Source: an uncultured Prevotellaceae bacterium
GTDB lineage: Bacteria; Bacteroidota; Bacteroidia; Bacteroidales; Bacteroidaceae
Assembly (NCBI GenBank): GCA_902771445.1
Contig: CACXXD010000067.1
Location: 3,278-67,277 of the forward strand
DNA length: 64,000 nucleotides
Direction of reading: 5' to 3'
Of the stretch, positions 41,379 to 51,669 are shown in pieces; within the stretch, counting starts at the first letter, position 1, and each line of letters starts with the position of its first letter. Below the pieces are notes generated by a model. It saw only the letters and a program-made list of their open reading frames with translations. It made no database searches and was not told the origin of the DNA. The translations under genes were made by a program, and so were the position numbers.

Positions 41379-43913
41379 ATGAGAAAAAAACTGAAACTTG
41401 TGGTGTTGGCACTCAGCCTTTCGCCGGCTGCATTAGCACAAGAAGTCGATTCTGTGGCTATTGACATGCAAGACGAACAGGCATACACCTTCACCGAAGC
41501 ACAGTTGGACGAAAACGACGATGCGAGCCAGAACATTACCGTCATCTCGTCGAATCGCAATGTGTATGCCAATGAAGTGGGCTACCGGTTCAGTGCAGCC
41601 AGATTCAAGTATCGCGCATTCAACTCGAAGTACAACGACATCTACATCAACGGCAACCCAGTGAACGATGCTGAGCGCGGCGAGTTCCGCTACTCGTTCG
41701 TTGGCGGTCTGAACAACCAGACACGTGCCAAAGAGGCGTCGCTGCCCTTCGAGGACACCAACTACACCATGTCGGGCATGGGCGGTGCCAGCAACTACAA
41801 CTTCCGCCCGTCGAGTTTTGCCACAGGCCACCGCGTGTCGCTTGCCGGAGCCAACCGCAACTATAACACACGCGCCATGTACACCTTCAACTCGGGTGTC
41901 ACGAAGAAAGGATGGGCATTCACAGGCAGTCTGACCTATCGGTGGGGCAACGGCACCGGATTCGTAGAAGGCACCTCATACAACTCACTGAGCTACTTCC
42001 TCGGCATCGAGAAGATTCTGAGCGACCGCCATTCGCTCTCGCTCGTCACATGGGGCAACCCCACAGAGCGAGGCTCGCAGACGGCCTCGACCGACGAGAT
42101 GTACTGGATTGCCAACAACAATCAGTACAACCCTGTGTGGGGCTATCAGGACGGCAAGAAGCGCAACTCGCGCATCGTGAGAGACTTTGCCCCCTCTGCC
42201 CTGCTCACGTGGGACTGGACAATCGACGAAGGCTCGAAGCTCGTCACCAGCGTACTCGGCAAGTATGCCAAGTTCAGCTCCAGCCGACTGAACTACAACA
42301 ACTCTTCAAACCCGGCACCCGACTACTACTCCAACATGCCCAGCTCTTTCTTCGACGTCTACGAGCCTTTCGACGGCGACCGCAACGAAATGGCCATGAG
42401 CAACTGGCAGACGGCCTACGACTATCTGAGCGCATCGAAGGAGAACCGACAAATCAACTGGGACCGCCTGTACTATGCCAACCGCATGGTGTCGCAGCAA
42501 GGGGGCGATGCCATGTACTACCTACAACGCTACCACGACGACCAGCTGTCCATCAGCCTGGCATCGAATCTGCAAAAGACGCTCTCCAAATACACCACGC
42601 TCTATGCCGGACTGCAGCTGTCGACCAACAAGGGCATGCACTACCAGACGATGGACGACCTGCTGGGGGCTACCACGTTCCACAACATCAACACCTACGT
42701 TATCAAGAACTACGGCGAGAACTCTACGGAGGCTCAGTATGACCTGAATGCCACCGACAAGTCGATTGCCAAGGGCGACCGCTTCGGCTACGACTATAAC
42801 ATCTTTGTCAACAAGGCACAGGTGTGGACGGGCGTTTCCACCAACATTGAGGGAGCACACATCTTTGTCAACGGTCGGCTGGGCGGCGTCACCATGCAGC
42901 GCGAAGGCAAGATGCGCAACGGTCTGGCACCCAACAACTCTTACGGCAAGAGCGGCACTGCCAAGTTCCTTGACGGAGGCGCAAAGGCCGGCGCACAGCT
43001 CGACCTGGGACACGGCAATGCCTTGCTCATCGGCATGGGCTACGAGATGAAAGCCCCCACTGCACGCACCGCCTTCCTGGCAGCACAAATCAACAACGAC
43101 TTCGTGAAAGACCTGACGCACGAGAAGATTTTCTCTGCCGAACTCGGCTATCGGCTGCAGAACTCATGGCTGAAGGCCAACCTCAATGCCTACTACAGTC
43201 ACCTGTACGACGTGACAGAGCAGAGCATGTACTACATGGACGACCGCCGCTCTTTCACCTACGTTGCGCTGTCGGGCATCGAGAAGGAATACTACGGTGT
43301 GGAACTGGGCATGGACTTCACGCTCGCCGAATGGCTGAACCTCAAGGCTCTTGGCACCATCAGCGATGCGCTCTACGTGAACAATGCCAACGTGTCCTAC
43401 ATGCTCTCCGAAGACGGCATCACCTACAACGACCGCTGCCACAACCAAGGGATGCGCGAGGGATGCACCCCGCTGACCGCCGGAAGTCTGGACCTGAGCT
43501 TCCACACCAAAGGATGGTTCATCGACCTGATTGGCAACTACTACGACCGCATCTATCTCTACTACACACCTGTCACGCGCTATGAGAGCCACATCAAGAG
43601 CACTGCCTACGACAACGACGGCAACGAGATTCAGGCTTCCTATCCCGAACAGGCCAAGGGCAAGGGCGGCTTCATGCTCGATGCTTCGATAGGCAAGTCG
43701 TTCTTCCTGAAGAAAGGCCGTCGGCTGAGTGTCAACCTCATGCTGACCAACATTCTGAACAACCGCAAGATTGTAACGGGCGGACGCGAGCAGAGTCGTA
43801 CCGATGTCGACGAGAACGGCGAGTCGATACGCACCTACTCGTTCCAGAACAACCCCTACAAGTTCTATGCCAACGGCATCAACGGCATGCTGATGATTAA
43901 CTATCAATTCTAA
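41379..43913 (+). CDS. Non-SusC TonB-dependent receptor
   Basis: Signal peptide, plug-like YNDIYINGNPVND...GGLNNQTR, barrel strands, C-terminal INYQF. Confidence 0.8.
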   Translation: MRKKLKLVVLALSLSPAALAQEVDSVAIDMQDEQAYTFTEAQLDENDDASQNITVISSNRNVYANEVGYRFSAARFKYRAFNSKYNDIYINGNPVNDAERGEFRYSFVGGLNNQTRAKEASLPFEDTNYTMSGMGGASNYNFRPSSFATGHRVSLAGANRNYNTRAMYTFNSGVTKKGWAFTGSLTYRWGNGTGFVEGTSYNSLSYFLGIEKILSDRHSLSLVTWGNPTERGSQTASTDEMYWIANNNQYNPVWGYQDGKKRNSRIVRDFAPSALLTWDWTIDEGSKLVTSVLGKYAKFSSSRLNYNNSSNPAPDYYSNMPSSFFDVYEPFDGDRNEMAMSNWQTAYDYLSASKENRQINWDRLYYANRMVSQQGGDAMYYLQRYHDDQLSISLASNLQKTLSKYTTLYAGLQLSTNKGMHYQTMDDLLGATTFHNINTYVIKNYGENSTEAQYDLNATDKSIAKGDRFGYDYNIFVNKAQVWTGVSTNIEGAHIFVNGRLGGVTMQREGKMRNGLAPNNSYGKSGTAKFLDGGAKAGAQLDLGHGNALLIGMGYEMKAPTARTAFLAAQINNDFVKDLTHEKIFSAELGYRLQNSWLKANLNAYYSHLYDVTEQSMYYMDDRRSFTYVALSGIEKEYYGVELGMDFTLAEWLNLKALGTISDALYVNNANVSYMLSEDGITYNDRCHNQGMREGCTPLTAGSLDLSFHTKGWFIDLIGNYYDRIYLYYTPVTRYESHIKSTAYDNDGNEIQASYPEQAKGKGGFMLDASIGKSFFLKKGRRLSVNLMLTNILNNRKIVTGGREQSRTDVDENGESIRTYSFQNNPYKFYANGINGMLMINYQF

Positions 43914-43932
43914 AAATTGCAAACTGACGATT

Positions 43933-44805
43933 ATGATTACCAAGAACATAAAGAGATTACTACTGGGATGCAGTATCGTTGCAGCCGTCACGGCTCTGAC
44001 GGCCTGCCAGAAAGACTGGGATGCACCACAGACCACTCCATACGGCAACAACAGCATCAACGACGAGAACATCATCACCATCGCCCAGCTGAAAGCCGAC
44101 TATCCTAACGTGTTTGAGAGTACCGACAAGAACGCGAAAATAGACAAGGACATCAAGATCAAAGGGCGCGTCACCGGCAACGACATCGGCAGCAACATCT
44201 ACAAGCAGTTCATGCTGCAAGACGAGACGGGAGCCATCATCGTGGCCGTCAACCAGAGCGGCATGCACGGATTCCTGGCTGAGGGGCAGGAGATTGTCAT
44301 TGCGCTCAAAGACCTCTACATAGGCGGCTACCGTCAGCAGCCGGAGATCGGACAGCCCTACAACGGCACGAGCATAGGCCGCATGAACAAAGACCTGTTC
44401 CAGCAGCACTACAAGTACACGGGCAGTCTCGATCCCAATGCCATCAAACCCATCGACTTCGATGTAAACATGGACAAGAATGAGCACTGCGCCAAGCTGG
44501 TCACGCTGAAGAACGTGTCGTTCATTCCGCCCGGCGGAACGGGTACGTTTGCACCCGACTCCACCGTCGACCGCACCGTCACCGTAGTGGGTGGCTGCGT
44601 CAATCGTGCGCTTTACGAATACTCTGAGTCGAAAGTGGTGGTGCGAACCAGCACGTATGCCAAGTTTGCAGCCAAGAAGATTCCTTACGACTATGTGAAC
44701 AAGAAGCCCGTGAAATGCAACATCACCGGCATTGCCACGCGCTATAACGACACATGGCAGATTCTGATCAGGAAGGAAAGCGACATTCAGATCATTGAGA
44801 ATTGA
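43933..44805 (+). CDS. DUF5689-type OB-fold lipoprotein
   Basis: Lipobox LTAC; TIAQLK, IKGRVTGNDIGSNIYKQFMLQDETGAI, VRTSTYAKFA. Confidence 0.75.
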   Translation: MITKNIKRLLLGCSIVAAVTALTACQKDWDAPQTTPYGNNSINDENIITIAQLKADYPNVFESTDKNAKIDKDIKIKGRVTGNDIGSNIYKQFMLQDETGAIIVAVNQSGMHGFLAEGQEIVIALKDLYIGGYRQQPEIGQPYNGTSIGRMNKDLFQQHYKYTGSLDPNAIKPIDFDVNMDKNEHCAKLVTLKNVSFIPPGGTGTFAPDSTVDRTVTVVGGCVNRALYEYSESKVVVRTSTYAKFAAKKIPYDYVNKKPVKCNITGIATRYNDTWQILIRKESDIQIIEN

Positions 44806-44844
44806 GAGTAACAACTAATGAGAAAAACTAAAAACAAAAACGAT

Positions 44845-46632
44845 ATGAAAAAACTGTTCAAAAACCTGATGTTTCTGGCACTAACCGCCATCACATTTAC
44901 TGCATGCGAGGATGTGCCAAGTCCTTATGACATTCCGGGGACTGGAAAGAACATTCCTGGCTCAGGCCAGTTGGAGGGTGCTACAGGCGAAGGCACGCTC
45001 GCCAATCCATTCAATGCCGTGGCCGCCCTGAATTATGGCAACAAACTGGCTCCCGGCGAGGAATCGACCGACTACGTTTACGTGAAAGGCACCGTGGTAT
45101 CCATCAAGGAAGAGTTTACCACACAATACGGCAGCGGCACATTCTACATCTCTGACGACGGGACAGCCGCCAACAGATTCTATGCCTATCGCGTCTACTA
45201 TCTGGGCAATCAGAAGTTTACCAAGGACGACGAGCAAGTGAAGCCCGGCGACGTGGTGGTGCTCTGCGCTAAAATCACCAACTACAACGGAACAATCGAG
45301 ACGGTGCAGAACAAGGGCTTCGTCTATGAGCTGAACGGAAAGAACCGTGGCGGTGCCGTCGAGCCGTCGACACCATCGGCTGATCCTACAGGCGAAGGCA
45401 CACTGGCTTCACCCTACAACGTGGCTGCCGTGCTGAAGTACATCAACACACTGGGAGCCGATACTGAGTCGCCCAAGGACATCTATGTGAAGGGCAAGAT
45501 TTCGCAAATCAAGGAAGAGTTCTCTACCCAGTATGGCAACGGCACGTTCTACATCTCCGATGACGGAACCACCAGCAACGAGTTCTATGCCTTCCGCATC
45601 ATGTATCTCGGCAACAAGAAGTTTGCCGCCGGCAACACACAGGTCAAAGCCGGCGACGAGGTCATCATCTGCGGCAAGGTGGTCAACTTCAAGGGTAACA
45701 CGCCTGAGACCGTGCAGAACAAAGCCTATCTCTATTCGCTCAATGGCACCACTGCCAGTCAAGACACGCCGACACCCGAACCGACCGAGGGCGAGCCTAA
45801 GGGTTCTGGCACACAGGCTGATCCCTTCAACGTGCTGGCTGCCCTCAACTACACCACTGCACTGGGGGCCGACAAGGAGTCTGACAAGGAAGTCTACATC
45901 AAGGGCAAGGTGTCGACCATCAAGTTCAACTATGTGGCAGACAACTACGGCAATGCCACCTTCTACATCTCCGACGATGCAACGACCAACAACGAGTTCT
46001 ACTGCTACCGCGTGCTCTACATCGGCAACCAGAAGTACACAAGCGGTGCGCTGCTGAATGTAGGCGACGAGGTGGTCATCTGCGGCAAGGTGGTCAACTA
46101 CAAGGGTAACACGCCTGAGACCGTGCAGAACAAAGCATACCTTGTCTCACTGACGGCAGGCAGCGGCAGCGAAGAACCAGAACCTGTTGCAGGTGGCGAC
46201 GTGACAAAGACGGTCAGCGGAACCACCGTTACGCTCGTCAACACCAAGGCCACGGCCTCAACCAACAGCGTGACAGTAGACTTCAACAATCAGGGCTGGA
46301 ACAACGCAACGGCTCCCTCGACCGTCACACTGGCCGACGGCACCACCATCGAGTTCGGCAATGGCGAGAACACCTCTAATTCTCCGATGTTCTACACAGC
46401 CACAAAGGGTGTGCGCGTCTATGCCAAGAACACCATCGACATCAACGGTAGCAAGCCTGTCGCAAAGGTGGTGATGGAGTGCGACTCATACAATGGCACC
46501 GACTATGTAGGCAACAGTCTGCTCACGGCCACGGTCAGCGGCAACAAGTTCACCATCATCAACGACCATACCGAGGCCAAAGGTGGTGTGCAACTTCGCG
46601 TGAAGACCATGACCATCACCTACGCTCAATAA
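44845..46632 (+). CDS. Lipoprotein with three tandem OB-fold-like repeats and a C-terminal domain
   Basis: FTACEDVPSPY; three copies of GxGTxxxP(F/Y)N...YVKG...YGxxTFYISDD...GD(E/V)V...ETVQNK. Confidence 0.75.
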   Translation: MKKLFKNLMFLALTAITFTACEDVPSPYDIPGTGKNIPGSGQLEGATGEGTLANPFNAVAALNYGNKLAPGEESTDYVYVKGTVVSIKEEFTTQYGSGTFYISDDGTAANRFYAYRVYYLGNQKFTKDDEQVKPGDVVVLCAKITNYNGTIETVQNKGFVYELNGKNRGGAVEPSTPSADPTGEGTLASPYNVAAVLKYINTLGADTESPKDIYVKGKISQIKEEFSTQYGNGTFYISDDGTTSNEFYAFRIMYLGNKKFAAGNTQVKAGDEVIICGKVVNFKGNTPETVQNKAYLYSLNGTTASQDTPTPEPTEGEPKGSGTQADPFNVLAALNYTTALGADKESDKEVYIKGKVSTIKFNYVADNYGNATFYISDDATTNNEFYCYRVLYIGNQKYTSGALLNVGDEVVICGKVVNYKGNTPETVQNKAYLVSLTAGSGSEEPEPVAGGDVTKTVSGTTVTLVNTKATASTNSVTVDFNNQGWNNATAPSTVTLADGTTIEFGNGENTSNSPMFYTATKGVRVYAKNTIDINGSKPVAKVVMECDSYNGTDYVGNSLLTATVSGNKFTIINDHTEAKGGVQLRVKTMTITYAQ

Positions 46633-46640
46633 ATGAAACA

Positions 46641-46668
46641 GTAAAGACGCCGCAATGTGACGTCTCTA
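46641..46668. repeat. Degenerate GTAG-type REP palindrome
   Basis: GTAAAGACGCCGCAATGTGACGTCTCTA, resembling GTAGAGACG-N-CGTCTCTAC. Confidence 0.5.
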
Positions 46669-46673
46669 AAAAA

Positions 46674-46780
46674 AATCATGTCGTGCTTGATTTGAAATTC
46701 AAGCACGACATGATTCTTTTTAGTAATGATTAAAAAATAACTTGGGACAATTATCAAATGAATTTGTCCCAACTTATTTC
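46674..46780. terminator. Two tandem hairpins between convergent genes
   Basis: AATCATGTCGTGCTTGA...TCAAGCACGACATGATT and AAATAACTTGGGACAA...TTGTCCCAACTTATTT. Confidence 0.7.
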
Positions 46781-46810
46781 TTCACCGTTACTTATGAACA
46801 AACATGAAGG

Positions 46811-49800
46811 TTATTTCATGAACTTACAACCAATCCGGTTGCCTTCGACATCGGTGGCCCTTGCCACATAGAAGCCTGTAGGCAGGTGGTCGACCTGAAT
46901 GCGGGTCGTGCCGTGATGAAGGGCGACTGACAAACGCTCAACCAAGCGACCGTCGGTTGTGAAGATTTCCACCTGTGCCGACTCCACATCCTCACCCTTG
47001 ACAATCAGCTGATGAGCACCGTAGCTGATGCGGAAACCATTGGACGAGGCAATGACGGGAGCCGAAATGCCAGAAGCTTCCTTCTGCTCCTCCTGGTCGA
47101 TCTTCGTCATGTAGCTCGTCAGCAAGTTGGCACCTGCAATTGTAGGCACATTCAAGGCATAGACCTCTGCCCCACCGTCGGGATAACGGCCTACGGTTGA
47201 AGTGGCATCGTGAGCCGTATAGTACAGTTCGTCGCGCCAAGACTTGTCGGCAGCCGTCAGCGCGAGCACACCGCCATCGCCCGACACCTTGAACGAGGCA
47301 TGCAGTGCCTGGGCTGTCGTCTCAAGCTTGTCGCACCACACGAGCAGGAAGCCGTGAGCCGGAATAATGGTATTGGCCTGCGTGTTGCCTTTCGTGATTC
47401 TATATTTCTCCGGCTTATCCAGATTGTCGGTCAGATACATGCCTTCTACGTCGACAGGCTCGTTGGTCGTGTTATAGAGCTCCACCCAGTCGCTCTTCTT
47501 GCCGTACTCGTTGACCAGACTGTTGTTAGAACCGCTCACCTCATTGATGCGCACAGGCGTTACACCCTCTTCTGCCAACTCCTGCTGCGACAGCTGACGA
47601 TAGCTGGCCGTAAGGCTGACCGTGCCACTGGGCAAAGTGATTTCTTGCTCTGTCGAATAATAGGTAGGCTCTGCACTGCCTGCCATCTGAGCATTGATAG
47701 ACGCATCGAAAATAATATCCGTGCTGTTGGCTGCATTGTTGTGTACCTCGACTGCAATCACATTCGAGCCTTTATGGAACAGACTGGCAGGAAGTGTGAG
47801 CGTACCCGTCGGGAACTGATCGGCATAGGTCGAAGCGAACGTGTTGTAGCTGATGGTACCCGAAGGCATGTTGAACCGTCCGGCTTCGATGCCGTTGACA
47901 TAGACCACCAGACCGTCGTCAATGTAATAGTCGAAAGTGAACACGTCGCTGCTGGCTGGCTCATCTGTCAGACTGACCGAAGTGCGGAAATAATAGGTAG
48001 GCCGCTTGTTGTTAGCATCCGAACCGTAGTTCAGTGTCGTACCCATCGTCTCCTGATTGCTGAAGCCCAACGGGGCCTTGCCCTGCTTCCAACTTGTCGT
48101 GCTGTAGGTAGGCGAAGTCCAGTTCTTGCCGTCGAGCGAGCCCTGATCGTAATACAGCCACGACTCTCCCTTGTTCTTCAGCACCACCGTATTGGTACCC
48201 GTGCCTTGTAGCCATCCCTGGAAGGCATAGCCTGCGGGAGCAACAGCCTTCAGCTTGACGGGTGCAAAGAGATTGCCATTGAACTTGCCCGTAGGCACCT
48301 GCTGGTCGTTGATGAGCAACTGAGCACCCTCGGCATCGCTTGCAAGCGTGACGCGCTGGGCCGTCTTTCCGCTCAGGCTCATGCCCGAATAGTTGCGCAG
48401 ATAGCTGGTGGCAGTAGCCAGACGACCTCTGAACTGGTTCTTCATCTCGCTGGCCTTGCCGTTCAGATTGAATCCTTCCATCTGCAAAGCAGGCTTCACC
48501 CTGTCAGCAAGTTGGTCAATAATTTCGGCGGCACGGTTGGCTTCGAACACACTGCCACCCATGAGACAGAAGGCATCGATGAACCGACGACGGAACTGTG
48601 CGTTCTTCAGCAGATTCTTGAACAGGGTTACAAACTTTATCTGCGCGTAGATACGCTCTTGCCCAGCTGGATAAAGCTCGTCGAAGAGATACCATTCCTT
48701 GTTCATGAAGTCGTTGAACGGGTTGCTGGTGCTAAAGGCAAAGTCGACATCGAAGAACACGAAGCGCCACTGTCCACCGTCCTTCAGCGTGAAGCCCTTG
48801 ACGTTGTTCTGTGGCCAGTCGGTGCTGCCCAGATAGAACTCAGCAGCCATATAGTTGATGTATTCGTCCATGTTGATACGACGGCACAGCTCGGCATAGG
48901 TCTCGCTGTTGGCAGCCGCAGCCGACAGGCTGACCAGCTCTTCGAAGACATCTGCCGTTCCGCACTTCTGCACGTAGCCAGAGTCGGGGTTGATCTCAAA
49001 CAGGTCAATCTCATCGTCGTCGAAGCCATAGTTGGCGTATGCGTAGTGCTTGTTGTTGGGTTCGCGCACATTCAGCAGACCGATGTACTCGCCGTTGACG
49101 AACTCATGCACAGGCTGATAGCTCTGCACATCGACATCGACACCCGAAGTCTGCATGATATAGCCGATGGCCGCATCCTTGAAACGGCCCGAATTGTTCT
49201 CGTTGCCGCCGTTGCGAATCTGTAAGGTACGGTTGCGAATGTAGGGTTTCTGACTGAAGAAGGGGTAAGGCAGGTTCTTGTCACCACCCATCTCTTTGTT
49301 GCCCTTCAGTTTGAATGAATGCGGCAACCACGCACGGCTCCATCCACCGCACATCTCGAGGTTCACGTCCTGATTGAGCACCATCTCGCCCTCTTCGTCC
49401 AGATAGGAGAAGTTGACGGGGCGCTCCCAGTCCATGTTCCAGTTGCAGGGCGAAGACTGTCCGTTGCCCGGACGACCGTTGACACCCCTCACCAGCACGC
49501 CCAGCGAGTCGCCGTAAAGGAAACGCTCGTCGCCTACGACAGAGACGACTGGCAGATAGTAGTCGCGATCTTTATATATATAAGAACGCGTAGTGACACG
49601 CGAAGGCAGCATGCCGTCGGCAAACAGGCGGAAACGATAGCAAGCGGTGCTCCGAACCGTAAACTGGCCCGTGGTGCTTCGCAAGCTCTTCTCGGTTGGC
49701 AGCGAGCCATCGGTGGTATAGCGCAACGTGCATCCTGCGGGAATCGCGACATTGACCGACAGCCGGCCAGTGAAAAGCTGCGAAGGCAGGTCTACCACAG

Positions 49801-51157
49801 GGGCCGCCAACTGCTGAGTGGCAAAGACTGCCGTGGCATTCGATGCGCCGGGGGTGGGTACAGATGTCATTCCCCACGTCTCTCCCCCATCGGTTGTACG
49901 CGCATAGCTAACACGCTCCATCGACGACGGATAGGCCTGACTGACAAGCAGGTTGTCGTCGGCATCGCTGAGATAGACGAAGCCTCCGTCCACATCGAGC
50001 TTGAACGGCGCATTCTGTGCGGCAATGCTATGACTGTCGAACCACAAGAGGGCAAATCCCTTGGCGGGTATCGACGGCACAGATACGGGCAACTTCCAGT
50101 TTTTCAGATTGTTGGCATCGTCGCTCAGATAGAGACCGGCCAGCACAACTTTCTGGTCGGTAGGGTTGTAAAGTTCCATCCAACCGTCAAAGTTGAATGC
50201 GGGACTTACAAACTCGTCGACGTTCGATGCCATGATTTCGTTAATGACAATCGAGCCAGGCTTCACCTCATTACGCACCACTCGTATCGTCAGCGTGGCA
50301 GAACGGTTCGAACCGTCGGTCGACTTGGCCGTAATCACAGCCGTGCCAACAGACAGACCCGTGATTCTGCCTGCGTCGTCGACCGTAGCAACAGACGGAC
50401 GGCTGGAACTCCACTCCAAGTTTCTGTTCAGTGCATTTTCAGGCAACACCGTGGCCTGACACTGCACCGTCTCGCCCACCACAATCTCGCTGTGCTCTGT
50501 GCTGAGCGCAATCGACTGCACCTGAACGATTTCGCCGCTATACTCCAACTTGAAATTATCGAAGATACACCAGTTGTCCTGCCGCCACATTTCGTTGAAA
50601 AGTCCAATGGTCACAGAGCCTGATGCATAGAACTCCAGTTCATTCAGGTAGCCTCCTTCGGCAAAGGCAGCTGCCGCACTCTCCATCGTGTTAGGGAAAT
50701 AGTGAACGTCTTCCCCTGTCCAGTAGTTACCGTAGGTCCAGCAGCCGTCCACCCAGTAGGGCAGTTCGTATGAATAAACGTTCACAATCTTTGTCTTTGC
50801 ATCCGCGGCATAAAGATAGGTCGTCATGTCGTTGTCATAATTGCCCTGAAGATAGCGTGCATAGCTGTCATTGTTATTGCCCGGACGATAGTATGACTGC
50901 ACGCTCAGTCTGTAGCGCCCCTCAGGCAGTCCCGTCAGTTCCTGCCAGATGTTGAACGAGCCCTGCCAGAACTCCATGCACTCCGCACGCACCGTCTGCG
51001 AGGCGGCATTGCTCGCCCACGTCCATCCCTTAGTGCTGTTACCATCAAACCCAGGATTCTGAATGAATACCGACGTCACATCTTTCCAGTCGTCAGCCCA
51101 CACTCCTGTGAGTGAGAACAAGGAAAGAAACAACAAAGCAATCTTTCTTGTAACCAT
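46811..51157 (-). CDS. CotH kinase-family protein with Ig-like, lamin-tail and T9SS-like C-terminal domains
   Basis: VINEIMASN...WMELYN and RINEVSGSN...DWVELYN (lamin tail), WSSSRPSVATVD (Ig), FVNGEYIGLLNVRE and DWPQNN (CotH), IFTTDGRLV...LPTGFYV. Confidence 0.85.
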   Translation of the reverse strand: MVTRKIALLFLSLFSLTGVWADDWKDVTSVFIQNPGFDGNSTKGWTWASNAASQTVRAECMEFWQGSFNIWQELTGLPEGRYRLSVQSYYRPGNNNDSYARYLQGNYDNDMTTYLYAADAKTKIVNVYSYELPYWVDGCWTYGNYWTGEDVHYFPNTMESAAAAFAEGGYLNELEFYASGSVTIGLFNEMWRQDNWCIFDNFKLEYSGEIVQVQSIALSTEHSEIVVGETVQCQATVLPENALNRNLEWSSSRPSVATVDDAGRITGLSVGTAVITAKSTDGSNRSATLTIRVVRNEVKPGSIVINEIMASNVDEFVSPAFNFDGWMELYNPTDQKVVLAGLYLSDDANNLKNWKLPVSVPSIPAKGFALLWFDSHSIAAQNAPFKLDVDGGFVYLSDADDNLLVSQAYPSSMERVSYARTTDGGETWGMTSVPTPGASNATAVFATQQLAAPVVDLPSQLFTGRLSVNVAIPAGCTLRYTTDGSLPTEKSLRSTTGQFTVRSTACYRFRLFADGMLPSRVTTRSYIYKDRDYYLPVVSVVGDERFLYGDSLGVLVRGVNGRPGNGQSSPCNWNMDWERPVNFSYLDEEGEMVLNQDVNLEMCGGWSRAWLPHSFKLKGNKEMGGDKNLPYPFFSQKPYIRNRTLQIRNGGNENNSGRFKDAAIGYIMQTSGVDVDVQSYQPVHEFVNGEYIGLLNVREPNNKHYAYANYGFDDDEIDLFEINPDSGYVQKCGTADVFEELVSLSAAAANSETYAELCRRINMDEYINYMAAEFYLGSTDWPQNNVKGFTLKDGGQWRFVFFDVDFAFSTSNPFNDFMNKEWYLFDELYPAGQERIYAQIKFVTLFKNLLKNAQFRRRFIDAFCLMGGSVFEANRAAEIIDQLADRVKPALQMEGFNLNGKASEMKNQFRGRLATATSYLRNYSGMSLSGKTAQRVTLASDAEGAQLLINDQQVPTGKFNGNLFAPVKLKAVAPAGYAFQGWLQGTGTNTVVLKNKGESWLYYDQGSLDGKNWTSPTYSTTSWKQGKAPLGFSNQETMGTTLNYGSDANNKRPTYYFRTSVSLTDEPASSDVFTFDYYIDDGLVVYVNGIEAGRFNMPSGTISYNTFASTYADQFPTGTLTLPASLFHKGSNVIAVEVHNNAANSTDIIFDASINAQMAGSAEPTYYSTEQEITLPSGTVSLTASYRQLSQQELAEEGVTPVRINEVSGSNNSLVNEYGKKSDWVELYNTTNEPVDVEGMYLTDNLDKPEKYRITKGNTQANTIIPAHGFLLVWCDKLETTAQALHASFKVSGDGGVLALTAADKSWRDELYYTAHDATSTVGRYPDGGAEVYALNVPTIAGANLLTSYMTKIDQEEQKEASGISAPVIASSNGFRISYGAHQLIVKGEDVESAQVEIFTTDGRLVERLSVALHHGTTRIQVDHLPTGFYVARATDVEGNRIGCKFMK

Positions 51158-51297
51158 TGTCGTAATAATTAGTTTTTATTAATATCGGTTCAAATAAAGT
51201 AGTATAGTTTTGAGGTTGCAAAGTTAAGTAAAAAGATTGGTAATCAGCCTTCTTTTTAGAAGATTAACGTAAATCATTTTAATTCTCTGAAGACACC

Positions 51298-51331
51298 AAA
51301 AAAAGACAGCAGCTTGGTTGCTACTGTCTTT
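51298..51331 (-). terminator. Terminator after tRNA-Thr
   Basis: AAAGACAG...CTGTCTTT hairpin with a U-run on the - strand. Confidence 0.65.
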
Positions 51332-51332
51332 G

Positions 51333-51406
51333 AGCCTCTTGTCGGATTCGAACCAACGACCCCGAGATTACAAATCACGTGCTCTGGCCAACTGAGCTAA
51401 AGAGGC
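51333..51406 (-). tRNA. tRNA-Thr(TGT)
   Basis: GCCTCTT acceptor stem, TAGCTCAGTTGG D arm, TTTGTAA anticodon loop, GGTTCGAATCC T arm. Confidence 0.97.
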
Positions 51407-51410
51407 GGGT

Positions 51411-51506
51411 GGGCAAGCTGTCTGTATCGCGCCGCTACAACCAAGTACCTTTGCTACGTTCCCGTCCTGGAGGATTCCGAGGGAGCTGGCCGTACAGGAC
51501 TTGCCC
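51411..51506 (-). ncRNA. ffs: Small SRP (4.5S) RNA
   Basis: GGGCAAG/CTTGCCC closing stem, long hairpin with CAGGACGGGAACGTAGCA helix-8-like motif; -7 box TACCTTTG at 51528-51535. Confidence 0.88.
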
Positions 51507-51669
51507 ATGTTTTGTTGTTTGCGGGTGCAAAGGTAGTATTTTAAATTAAGAATTACGAATGAAGTATCAATAAAAATGCCCTTTTTAACTTATTTTTGTA
51601 GCTACAGGAGCCTTATATGGCAGAAAATGAGTAATTTTGCATCGTTTTTTTAAATGTAAAGCTGAATTG

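Noticed and set aside
51298-51345. tRNA 3' end as an integration site
   Set aside because: No integrase, and I saw no duplicate of the tRNA 3' end in the window.
51369-51381. U.U mismatch in the tRNA-Thr anticodon stem as a sign of a pseudo-tRNA
   Set aside because: The rest of the cloverleaf, promoter and terminator are intact; I recall this mismatch in other Bacteroidales tRNA-Thr(TGT).
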